Part shown: positions 18,024 to 25,681 of the stretch, one piece after another
Layout of the letters: every line of letters begins with the position of its first letter
How positions within the stretch are numbered: position 1 is the stretch's first letter
Virus record (IMG/VR): IMGVR_UViG_3300017913_001829
Coordinates: 1-36,858 of that record
Reading direction: 5' to 3' (one strand)
Origin: a virus
Taxonomy: Duplodnaviria; Caudoviricetes
Length of the DNA stretch: 36,858 nt
The notes under the pieces: model-generated
The model's input: the letters and a program-made list of their open reading frames with translations, nothing else
Databases searched by the model: none
Told to the model about the DNA's origin: nothing
Position numbers and translations under genes: made by a program

Positions 18024-18203
18024 ATGACTACAATCCATGAACAAATCGTACAGGCGTACAACAACTATGTTGCAGAAGCAGAAACTTTTGAAGATAAAAG
18101 TGTAAAAGCAGCTGCGGCAAGAGCTCGTAAAGCACTTGGAGACCTAGGTAAACTTACAAAAGAAAGACGTAAGGAAATCCAGGACAAGAAAAACGCAATG
18201 TAA
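18024..18203 (+). CDS. Hc1-like (histone H1-like) small basic protein, 59 aa, absent from ORF track
   Basis: MTTIHEQIVQAYNNYVAEAETFEDKSVKAAAARARKALGDLGKLTKERRKEIQDKKNAM. SD AAGGAG; KAAAARARKAL signature. Confidence 0.8.
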   Translation: MTTIHEQIVQAYNNYVAEAETFEDKSVKAAAARARKALGDLGKLTKERRKEIQDKKNAM

Positions 18204-19375
18204 TGCAAGCGGCAGTAGTGGGAGCCGGCATCACCGGCATTACAACTGCCTATTACTTGGCCAAAGCGGGATACTTTGTTACAATATACGACGAACGGAA
18301 GTATCCTGCCATGGCAACCTCTTATGCTAACGGCGGACAACTTAGTGCAAGTAACGCGGAGGTTTGGAACAGTTGGCGTAGCGTCTATAAAGGCATCAAA
18401 TGGCTTTCAAAGAAAGACGCACCACTCAAGATAAATCCTTGGCCATCCCCAGACAAATACAGCTGGTTCTTTAAATTTATAAAGGAGATTCCTAATGCTG
18501 ACATCAACACACAAAAAACTTGTGAAATGGCTCTTGAAGCCCATAACCTTTACAAGCAGATTGCTTTCGAAGAAGGCATACAGTTCGACAAAGTCGAAAA
18601 AGGTATCCTACACATATACACGGATGAAGCCGAATACGAAAATGCTAAAAGAGTAAATGAAGTTTATGCTAAAGCAGGATTGAAACGTTGGCCAGTTAGT
18701 GCTGAAGAATGTTTAAAGATTGAACCTGCTCTAGTGCGTCCTCCTAAACTGCTAGGCGGTATGTACAATGATACAGACTTTACAGGCGACATACATAAGT
18801 TTTGCGTAGAGTTATACAAAGTCCTTGAAAACAAATACGGTGTTGTTATGAAACAACAAAAAATCCGTGACCTTAAAAAAGACTTACATGAACACAGAGG
18901 ACCAGTAGTAGTTTGTGCAGGTGTTGAAAGTAAATCACTTGCAAATACAATAGGTGACAACTTGCCTATCTATCCTGTAAAAGGCTACTCAATTACAATA
19001 CATGATCCAAAGGTAGCACCGTGGACAAGTTTACTAGACGACGGTGCAAAAATTGTAACAGCAAGACTTGGCAAAGACAGACTGCGTATTGCAGGAACAG
19101 CAGAGTTTAACGGATACAACACTGACATTATACAAGCTCGTATTAAACCTCTAGTGACATGGGCAGAAACAATGTTTCCGGGTATTAACACAGAAAACAT
19201 TACACCGTGGGCAGGACTTCGTCCTATGATGCCTAATATGATGCCTGTGGTAAATAAAAGTCCCAACAGTCGTAGGGTATATTACAACACAGGACACGGA
19301 CACTTAGGCTGGACATTGTCAGCCTACACTGCTCAGTCAATCGTAGAACAGATTAGAGGAAACAATGAAGCCTAA
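18203..19375 (+). CDS. dadA: D-amino acid dehydrogenase (FAD-dependent)
   Basis: GAGITG FAD motif, ATSYANGGQLS, YPVKGYSIT, RIAGTAE, WAGLRPM and NTGHGHLGWT. Confidence 0.9.
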   Translation: MQAAVVGAGITGITTAYYLAKAGYFVTIYDERKYPAMATSYANGGQLSASNAEVWNSWRSVYKGIKWLSKKDAPLKINPWPSPDKYSWFFKFIKEIPNADINTQKTCEMALEAHNLYKQIAFEEGIQFDKVEKGILHIYTDEAEYENAKRVNEVYAKAGLKRWPVSAEECLKIEPALVRPPKLLGGMYNDTDFTGDIHKFCVELYKVLENKYGVVMKQQKIRDLKKDLHEHRGPVVVCAGVESKSLANTIGDNLPIYPVKGYSITIHDPKVAPWTSLLDDGAKIVTARLGKDRLRIAGTAEFNGYNTDIIQARIKPLVTWAETMFPGINTENITPWAGLRPMMPNMMPVVNKSPNSRRVYYNTGHGHLGWTLSAYTAQSIVEQIRGNNEA

Positions 19376-19586
19376 CACACAATTTACACTTAGCATAAAA
19401 GATATAGAAATAATCGAAAGAGCTCTTTCAGCAAAAGCAGGACGCAGAGGAATGCGTATTATGCGCGGCGAAGACAACAAACAACTACATGAAGAAGTGC
19501 GTGACATACAAGAACTTCTTGGTAGGTTGCACCAACAAAAGAACTGGTATAGAGGTTCTAGGAAACAAGTATACGTTTCTGGTTGA
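19365..19586 (+). CDS. Hypothetical protein
   Basis: 73 aa with GAGG SD. Confidence 0.7.
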   Translation: MKPNTQFTLSIKDIEIIERALSAKAGRRGMRIMRGEDNKQLHEEVRDIQELLGRLHQQKNWYRGSRKQVYVSG

Positions 19587-19613
19587 CATCTTCATTAACT
19601 GATAGTATAAATA
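19583..19613 (+). promoter_or_regulatory. Composite promoter for tmRNA (sigma70 -35 plus full T4 late box)
   Basis: TTGACA (19583-19588), 17 nt, TATAAATA (19606-19613). Confidence 0.7.
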
Positions 19614-19619
19614 TAAACG

Positions 19620-19972
19620 TAACGTTGAAGCAATTTAAACGCTAGACTGGACCCGGGGGCGGTACCCGGCGGCTCCACCATAAACACTTGAAAGAGGTTA
19701 TGAAACTACAGAAGTACATTGTTTACGATAATACAGGTAAGATTGTTATTATTACTAGTAATAAACTTATCGCAAAAAAGTATTCAAGTGCTTATGATGG
19801 GGCCGAACTTAGGATCGACAGGTAGTTAATAGAAGCGTGGAGTTACCCGGATGTAAGCTCGGTTAACGCGAACAAAAACTATAATTGCAAATGACAATTA
19901 TGCGCCAGAAATGGCAATGGCGGCCTAATTAGGCTTCCGGGGTGGGTACTACCTGGCAACAGAAGTGCCATT
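19620..19972 (+). ncRNA. ssrA: Circularly permuted two-piece tmRNA (alphaproteobacterial type); outer ends approximate
   Basis: Acceptor piece ends with T arm CCGGG-GGCGGTA-CCCGG and CGGCTCC-A-CCA (19680). Coding piece starts GGGGCCG (19799), giving a G3:U70 Ala determinant. Tag frame 19887-19928 encodes ANDNYAPEMAMAA-stop. Confidence 0.92.
19700..19825 (+). CDS. Small 41-aa ORF in tmRNA intervening segment
   Basis: SD GAGG, then MKLQKYIVYDNTGKIVIITSNKLIAKKYSSAYDGAELRIDR-TAG. Confidence 0.5.
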   Translation: MKLQKYIVYDNTGKIVIITSNKLIAKKYSSAYDGAELRIDR

Positions 19973-20009
19973 TATTCCTTCCATACAAAAACACGCTTAT
20001 AAATATTTC

Positions 20010-20567
20010 ATGAACTATAGATATCTAAATTTAGATTATGATAAGAAACAGTTTGAACAAGAGAGTTTGAATAGAGATAATCTTGAGTTTGCACTAATGA
20101 ATCCACAGACCGGATATTTTATATGCACTCCAAAAAATAAAAATTTTCTTAAAGATTTTATCAGTAGTTTACCCCTACAACCTTCGGCTGTGCATTTTTT
20201 TATAAATCCACCTGCTGTACCACATATAGACAGAGGGCGCAGTTGTGCAATTAACTTTCCTATTAATGTAGACGGCATATTTTTTGTTGCAAAAGAATAT
20301 CCTACTCAATGGTTTGAAGATAATGTTCTCGGTGTTCCAGGAGTTGAACAAATAGGCTTACGAGGCGAATCATTACACTGGCCACGATTTCAAGACACCA
20401 AAGAACACTACTATCATAATGAAAGCACTAATAAGGGATATATTCTCAACACAAGTATGCCTCATGGTGCCATTCATAAAGGCAAGGAAAAACGATATAT
20501 CCTTACACTTAGCTATAGTCAAAGTTTTAATTTTGTAGATCAAGCATATAAAGAATATTGGGATTAA
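20010..20567 (+). CDS. Cupin/2OG-oxygenase-like (double-stranded beta helix) protein
   Basis: PHID..R.CAINFP, ILNTSMPHGA and RYILTL. Start reassigned to ATG 20010, 4 nt after TAAATA. Confidence 0.65.
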   Translation: MNYRYLNLDYDKKQFEQESLNRDNLEFALMNPQTGYFICTPKNKNFLKDFISSLPLQPSAVHFFINPPAVPHIDRGRSCAINFPINVDGIFFVAKEYPTQWFEDNVLGVPGVEQIGLRGESLHWPRFQDTKEHYYHNESTNKGYILNTSMPHGAIHKGKEKRYILTLSYSQSFNFVDQAYKEYWD

Positions 20568-20698
20568 GTGTTGCACATATACAACACAAGATAACCACTA
20601 ATACAACTTTTCAGTGTAAAAGAGATATATAAAATTATGTGTGTGCAACCCCACTCCCACCCCCGCACACGCATCAATAAAAATAATAAGGAAAAGCA

Positions 20699-21097
20699 AT
20701 GAAGAATATAATTGCCGCGGCATCACTCATGGTGCTCGCAACAACAGCAGGCGCTGTGGATCTAGCTCCAGGCGTGTCGCTGGACACAGAAGTTAAAGCA
20801 TGGCATGCAGTCGATGCAGAAACTAATCACCTAACTATCAATCCGGAAGTTAACTGGACACCTAACAGTGGTCCACTAACACTTTCAGTTGGTACAGTTA
20901 TCACAGCATATGACTCATCTTTAACAGGTGATGCATTTATTTTGTTTGATACACTAGATGACGGATCACGTCCGAATATTGATCTAGGTGCAGACTACGA
21001 TTTAGGTAATGGCGCTGAACTATTTGCTGAAACATCATGGGATGTAGACGCAAGCGACAGAACAGAAATGAAACTAGGTGTAACTTTTAACTTCTAA
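20699..21097 (+). CDS. Small outer-membrane beta-barrel/porin-like protein
   Basis: Signal peptide (..ATTAGA), alternating beta strands, C-terminal LGVTFNF ending in Phe (BAM signal). Confidence 0.7.
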   Translation: MKNIIAAASLMVLATTAGAVDLAPGVSLDTEVKAWHAVDAETNHLTINPEVNWTPNSGPLTLSVGTVITAYDSSLTGDAFILFDTLDDGSRPNIDLGADYDLGNGAELFAETSWDVDASDRTEMKLGVTFNF

Positions 21098-21118
21098 GTA
21101 AAAGATATAACATTACTC

Positions 21119-21145
21119 AAGGGTGCTTTATGGCACCCTTTTTTT
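21119..21145 (+). terminator. Rho-independent terminator
   Basis: AAGGGTGCT-TTAT-GGCACCCTT plus a T run. Confidence 0.85.
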
Positions 21146-21189
21146 ATGAATAAGACAATAAATACGTACATAACAGTTGGGAGGCGGTT

Positions 21190-21339
21190 ATGGCTAGACA
21201 AGCAGTTGGATTCAAATCAGTGTTTGAGCCCACAATTAAAAAAACATCTATAGGTGGCAATCACTCTATGATTAAAACCAGTTCCATGAATAAGAGTAAA
21301 AGACGCGGTTATAAAAAGTATCGCGGGCAAGGAAGATAA
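21190..21339 (+). CDS. Small basic protein (49 aa) ending KKYRGQGR, absent from ORF track
   Basis: SD GGAGG; MARQAVGFKSVFEPTIKKTSIGGNHSMIKTSSMNKSKRRGYKKYRGQGR. The C-terminal motif is familiar from marine T4-like phages. Confidence 0.75.
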   Translation: MARQAVGFKSVFEPTIKKTSIGGNHSMIKTSSMNKSKRRGYKKYRGQGR

Positions 21340-21539
21340 TGTTTAGTAAGCAGTGTAAGTTACATTTAGAGAAGGTGGGCGAAACACGCTCACAACACAT
21401 GGTCAAAGCATTAAAGATTGCAATAAGGTTACAACTATTAGTGCCAGCTTTGATTATACATGCGTTTGCTCCTAGATTTTTTACTGACACTGCTTCAAAA
21501 GTAATGAAGGATATATTAAATGGCAGAACAACCCGATGA
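21339..21539 (+). CDS. DUF6356-like small protein
   Basis: HL..VGET..QH...A...........IHAF.P.FFT.TAS pattern. Confidence 0.65.
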   Translation: MFSKQCKLHLEKVGETRSQHMVKALKIAIRLQLLVPALIIHAFAPRFFTDTASKVMKDILNGRTTR

Positions 21540-21717
21540 CAAAGGCAAGCTAGAACTTGCTGTTAGAATTTTAGGCAATGAACTTGTTGCTTTTAGAATG
21601 GAAGTAGACGACTTCAAAATGAAATGGCTTGTGTACGGAGTGATTACTATTGTAGCTCTAGCATGGGCAGGCGGAACATATGGTCCGGCCCTAATAGAAA
21701 TGTTCGCGAGCGAATAA
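21520..21717 (+). CDS. Small membrane protein
   Basis: KGKLELAVRILGNEL followed by a TM helix. Confidence 0.65.
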   Translation: MAEQPDDKGKLELAVRILGNELVAFRMEVDDFKMKWLVYGVITIVALAWAGGTYGPALIEMFASE

Positions 21718-22184
21718 TGAAACACATAATAGCATGGACTGGATTGTCTCTACCTTGGATACTTATATTAATCTTTGGTCACGGGCACGAAACATGCTTT
21801 GGCGGTGATGAAGAATACGGACCAAGCAGTTGTTATTATTTTGTAGATATAATTATAATGACTTCTTTGGTTGTTGGCGTAATATATTTTCTATGGGTAT
21901 ACAGAGAACAATATAGAATTTTTCACAAGTATGCGAGTATGGTAAAAGATTGGTTAACACCAAATCATTGGGCTGCTGAAGCCGCACAAAAAATTTCAGA
22001 TAAAACAGGATTACAAGAAAAAGCTGAAAACAGCAGAATCAGAAAATGGCTAGATAAAAAAGAAACATCACTAACAGGATGGAAATGGTTATTGTTCCAA
22101 GTTGTTCGTGCTGTGATTGCAATAGGATTAATAGAATTAGTTTTCAATCTAATAGGCATGACTATTTTACCTTGGAGAATGTAA
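21717..22184 (+). CDS. Membrane protein (about three TM segments)
   Basis: Start at TAATG overlap (MKHIIAW...); hydrophobic segments. Confidence 0.65.
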   Translation: MKHIIAWTGLSLPWILILIFGHGHETCFGGDEEYGPSSCYYFVDIIIMTSLVVGVIYFLWVYREQYRIFHKYASMVKDWLTPNHWAAEAAQKISDKTGLQEKAENSRIRKWLDKKETSLTGWKWLLFQVVRAVIAIGLIELVFNLIGMTILPWRM

Positions 22185-22194
22185 AGGAGAGGGT

Positions 22195-22632
22195 ATGTAC
22201 GAATATAAATGTAAAATATTAAGAGTTGTAGACGGAGACACAGTAGATATAGATATCGATCTAGGATTTGGTATTTGGATGCACAAAGAACGTGTTCGAA
22301 TGATGGGCATTGATACACCAGAATCTAGAACTAGAGATAAAGTGGAGAAAGCGTTTGGACTCGCAAGCAAAGCCAAGCTCAAAGAACTCCTCCCAATCGG
22401 ATCCATACAAGTCCTCAAAACAGAAATCGACAAAAGTGGAGAAGACAAAAAAGGCAAGTTCGGACGAATACTTGGGGATTTTATTATTGACGGACAAAGA
22501 GCGACTGACATACTTATTGAAACGGGACATGCTGTAGCTTATTTTGGCGGGTCAAAAGAGGAAATCCAGATGAAACACATGGCAAATCGCGAAAAATTAC
22601 TAAGAGAAGGTGTGGTAAGTTTACCAAAATAA
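22195..22632 (+). CDS. Thermonuclease (SNase-like)
   Basis: RVVDGDTVD, RVRMMGIDTPESRT and GKFGRILG. Confidence 0.9.
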   Translation: MYEYKCKILRVVDGDTVDIDIDLGFGIWMHKERVRMMGIDTPESRTRDKVEKAFGLASKAKLKELLPIGSIQVLKTEIDKSGEDKKGKFGRILGDFIIDGQRATDILIETGHAVAYFGGSKEEIQMKHMANREKLLREGVVSLPK

Positions 22633-22642
22633 TAAAAAACGC

Positions 22643-22671
22643 TTGACTTTGTAATAATATTGCGCTATACT
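22643..22671 (+). promoter_or_regulatory. Sigma70-type promoter
   Basis: TTGACT-17-TATACT. Confidence 0.75.
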
Positions 22672-22719
22672 GTAGGTATGTTAAACTTTATAATAACAAT
22701 AATAAAAAGGAGTACTAAC

Positions 22720-22986
22720 ATGGCTAAAGTAGCAAAAACTATCGGTACAAAGTTCTATAAAGAAGGAACTCAAAACCAACAAATCTTACAAAACTATTGG
22801 GGTAACGGTAAAACGTTTACTACTATGGACTTAGCAGACAAGCTAAACATTGCATCTCCAGGTGCAAGATTAACTGAGCTAAGAGAAAACGGCTTTGACG
22901 TAAGAGTAGTAGAATCTAACTCAAACGACATGCCTGGTAGACCAGTAGCAACATATAAGATCATGAAAAGAAGAGCGTTCGCGTAA
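22720..22986 (+). CDS. Winged helix-turn-helix DNA-binding protein
   Basis: SD AAGGAG; TTMDLADKLNIASPGARLTELRENGFDV. Confidence 0.75.
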   Translation: MAKVAKTIGTKFYKEGTQNQQILQNYWGNGKTFTTMDLADKLNIASPGARLTELRENGFDVRVVESNSNDMPGRPVATYKIMKRRAFA

Positions 22987-23014
22987 TTCTTTTTAGGTCT
23001 TTTACCAAAATAGA

Positions 23015-23043
23015 TTGACATATGAGCCTGTTTCTTGTATATT
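23015..23043 (+). promoter_or_regulatory. Sigma70-type promoter
   Basis: TTGACA-17-TATATT. Confidence 0.75.
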
Positions 23044-23074
23044 ATATACTTAATAGGCAAGGAGTACAGGCTCA

Positions 23075-23527
23075 ATGACAATGCACTTAGTACGTGGTAT
23101 GACCACACTCAATACAAAAAAGCGTAAGTCGAAAATGACCGCTGGCAAACTAGAACGTTTGCAAAAAGAACACCGAGAACATAACAAGCAAATGAAGCGT
23201 CTTAATTGTCATAGCAATATTATGACGTTTGACGAATATGTAGATTATGTACACGGCAACTACACACCCAAACAAAAACTTTCAGCAGTACAGGCACCGT
23301 GGCAACAAGAAGGGTATACACGGAAGACTGAACATGTTCCTAGTCATAATAGCGAACACAGTTTTGCTCCTGCAACAAAGAAAGAAGCAATGCAATACAC
23401 AGGTGAACGTAAACTTGTAGGTATTGCAATGATGCACAAAAGCAATCTTGTGCCAGTGTTTGCTGATGATGACGATAAGACAGGATCTAAGCAAGCAACT
23501 GAAATTGCACAGATGCGCAGAAACTAA
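23075..23527 (+). CDS. Conserved hypothetical T4-like phage protein
   Basis: SD AAGGAG; C-terminal YTG..LVGIAMMHKSNLVPVF motif. Confidence 0.75.
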   Translation: MTMHLVRGMTTLNTKKRKSKMTAGKLERLQKEHREHNKQMKRLNCHSNIMTFDEYVDYVHGNYTPKQKLSAVQAPWQQEGYTRKTEHVPSHNSEHSFAPATKKEAMQYTGERKLVGIAMMHKSNLVPVFADDDDKTGSKQATEIAQMRRN

Positions 23528-23548
23528 ATAAATTACAGGGCGACAATC

Positions 23549-24070
23549 ATGAAACAATATAAACTATTACTAGCAGTATTGCTATCATCATTAATCGCGC
23601 AAGCAACAGCTCAAGCGCAGGCCATTATTAGTCAAACATCTGAACCTCAGTTGTATTGCCTGGCCCAAAACATCTATTATGAGGCACGGGGAAGTTCTCG
23701 TGCTGATCAAATGGCAGTCAGTGACGTAGTATTAAACCGCGTAAAAGACAGTCGTTATCCAAACACAATTTGCGAAGTTGTGTATCAAGGTAAACAAAAA
23801 CCAAGTTGGAAAGATCCTTCACAAATGGTTATGGTTCGTAACATGTGTCAGTTCAGTTGGTACTGTGACGGCAAGAAGGACGAGCCACCAGAAGGTGACG
23901 CTTGGCGTAATGCACAAATGGTTGCATATGAAATGTTCTACCTTTACAAAGATTCTAACATCACAGATGGCGCAACGCACTATCACGCATTTTATGTAAA
24001 GCCTGAATGGGCAAAACAGTTTACAATGCGTGGGCGTATTGGCGACCATATATTTTACAAACAAAAATAG
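23549..24070 (+). CDS. Cell wall hydrolase, SleB/Hydrolase_2 family
   Basis: CLAQNIYYEARG, VVLNRV, YPNTICEVVYQ, CQFSWYCDG, GATHYHA and IGDHIFY; N-terminal signal peptide. Confidence 0.92.
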   Translation: MKQYKLLLAVLLSSLIAQATAQAQAIISQTSEPQLYCLAQNIYYEARGSSRADQMAVSDVVLNRVKDSRYPNTICEVVYQGKQKPSWKDPSQMVMVRNMCQFSWYCDGKKDEPPEGDAWRNAQMVAYEMFYLYKDSNITDGATHYHAFYVKPEWAKQFTMRGRIGDHIFYKQK

Positions 24071-24079
24071 GCTTACCAA

Positions 24080-24114
24080 AATAGATTGACCTTCGGGTCA
24101 ATCTATTGTATACT
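24080..24114 (+). promoter_or_regulatory. Sigma70-type promoter embedded in a perfect 12-bp inverted repeat
   Basis: AATAGATTGACC-TTCG-GGTCAATCTATT; TTGACC (24086)-17-TATACT (24109). Confidence 0.7.
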
Positions 24115-24145
24115 AATGACAACAATAAAGGCTTAGGAGGCAATT

Positions 24146-24430
24146 ATGAAAACTAAAGCAACAATCGCAGGTGCAGTCTTGTTGCTCGCAGTAGGCACGG
24201 TACAGGCAAACGAAAATCCTATTATCGATACTGTTGAAAAAGCAAAAGACTTTGCAGTTAATAATCAAGTATCAAACTTTGTCGTTGATGAATTCAACAA
24301 CATCAAGCAGTACCAACAAGACAGTTGGCAACAAGGCAAAGATCAACTCGGCAGAAATAAAGATCAAATCGTTGGTATCTTTTCTAATGTAAAAGATGCT
24401 TTCAAACACTATTTCGTCAAAGAGCAATAG
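24146..24430 (+). CDS. Secreted hypothetical protein
   Basis: SD AGGAGG; signal peptide ending VQA. Confidence 0.75.
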   Translation: MKTKATIAGAVLLLAVGTVQANENPIIDTVEKAKDFAVNNQVSNFVVDEFNNIKQYQQDSWQQGKDQLGRNKDQIVGIFSNVKDAFKHYFVKEQ

Positions 24431-24437
24431 GAGGTTA

Positions 24438-24962
24438 ATGATGAAAGGCTATCTAAAAACAGCGGCGGTGCTCGGCATGGTGTCTATGCTCGGTGCTTGC
24501 TCAACTTATACTACTATCGCTGAGCGTGAAGAATATGCTCAACCTAAGTGGTATGCAAATTGTGCTGAAACTGGTTCCGAAGGTTGGTTCTGGTGGAAAG
24601 AAGATTATGCTTATGCATGTGGTGCAGGCGAATCTATCTTCCAACAAGCGGCTGAAGAACAAATGTATGCGATTGCAATGAACAATTTTGCAAAGCGTAT
24701 CAATTCAGAAGTCAATTCACAGACCAAACTTGAATTCAAAGATAACAATGGTAATGAAAGTCGACAGACTTCAACTGTCATTGCTTACAATGTTGACTCA
24801 ACTACAATCCGTGAGCACATTGCAAAAGAAACAGGTACATACAAATATCAAGGACGTATGTATACTTTTGTAAAGCTGAAGATGAACAAGCAGATTTTTG
24901 ATCAACTTATCGCAGAGGCTAAGAATGCAAAAGTGGTTGCTTCTAATACTACTGGCAACTAG
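24438..24962 (+). CDS. Lipoprotein (LPP20-like)
   Basis: SD GGAGG; lipobox LGAC; QPKWY motif. Confidence 0.7.
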   Translation: MMKGYLKTAAVLGMVSMLGACSTYTTIAEREEYAQPKWYANCAETGSEGWFWWKEDYAYACGAGESIFQQAAEEQMYAIAMNNFAKRINSEVNSQTKLEFKDNNGNESRQTSTVIAYNVDSTTIREHIAKETGTYKYQGRMYTFVKLKMNKQIFDQLIAEAKNAKVVASNTTGN

Positions 24963-25278
24963 TGTTGCAGGTTGTAGCACAACATCACCTGAATATGTAG
25001 ATCAAGGTCAGTACTGTTATCAGACTACTAAGATCTACACTGAAGGAGATAAAGTGCAGAGTAAGGGCTTGACTGAATGCACAGACAAGCCAAGGGTAGA
25101 ACATTTTGTCAAGACGCAAGGACCAGCAGGTGATTGTAGACTTAGCACTATGCCATTTCAAGTTGCAGGAGGCAGTATGAAAATAGGCAAGAGTTTAGTG
25201 TGTCCATTCAAACAGCCTGATGGTACTGTGCAATGGAGTGTGGTCAATGAGAAGTACGCTTTTCCTAATTTTAACTAG
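24925..25278 (+). CDS. Lipoprotein
   Basis: MQKWLLLILLATSVAGC lipobox. Confidence 0.7.
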   Translation: MQKWLLLILLATSVAGCSTTSPEYVDQGQYCYQTTKIYTEGDKVQSKGLTECTDKPRVEHFVKTQGPAGDCRLSTMPFQVAGGSMKIGKSLVCPFKQPDGTVQWSVVNEKYAFPNFN

Positions 25279-25645
25279 CGTCCTACTTGCAGGTTGTATG
25301 AGCAATAAGCCATACAATCAAAGTGTAACAACCTACGAACAGTTTAGTCATTCACAAAGTGTGTACAGTGTTCTAGTTAACTTCACAAAGGCAAACTTTT
25401 ATAGTTTACCTGAAGATGCACAAAAGATGCAAGTTGATTGTGTCAATTGGGCTCTTACTAATATGCAACCAGGTGAAAGTTGTCGCTGGGATCACAATAG
25501 AAGTGCTGGCATTGTCAAGCTCGTTAACGTGGGAGCAAATGGTTGTCAGACACTATATAATAGTGTAACACATAAAGGTAAAACTAAAAACTGGCAGGAA
25601 AATGCGTGTTATAACCACCAGAGCGGTACTTGGCGGATATACTAG
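25247..25645 (+). CDS. Lipoprotein with surface-antigen-like C-terminal domain
   Basis: MRSTLFLILTSVLLAGC lipobox; G...W.....G.......C...AC...G.W pattern. Confidence 0.65.
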   Translation: MRSTLFLILTSVLLAGCMSNKPYNQSVTTYEQFSHSQSVYSVLVNFTKANFYSLPEDAQKMQVDCVNWALTNMQPGESCRWDHNRSAGIVKLVNVGANGCQTLYNSVTHKGKTKNWQENACYNHQSGTWRIY

Positions 25646-25681
25646 CACAAAACTAACGGTTATTGTACGGTTAAATATATG

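Noticed and set aside
19965-20009. ORF-track GTG start at 19965
   Set aside because: It overlaps the 3' end of the tmRNA; ATG 20010 fits the TAAATA-N4-ATG pattern.
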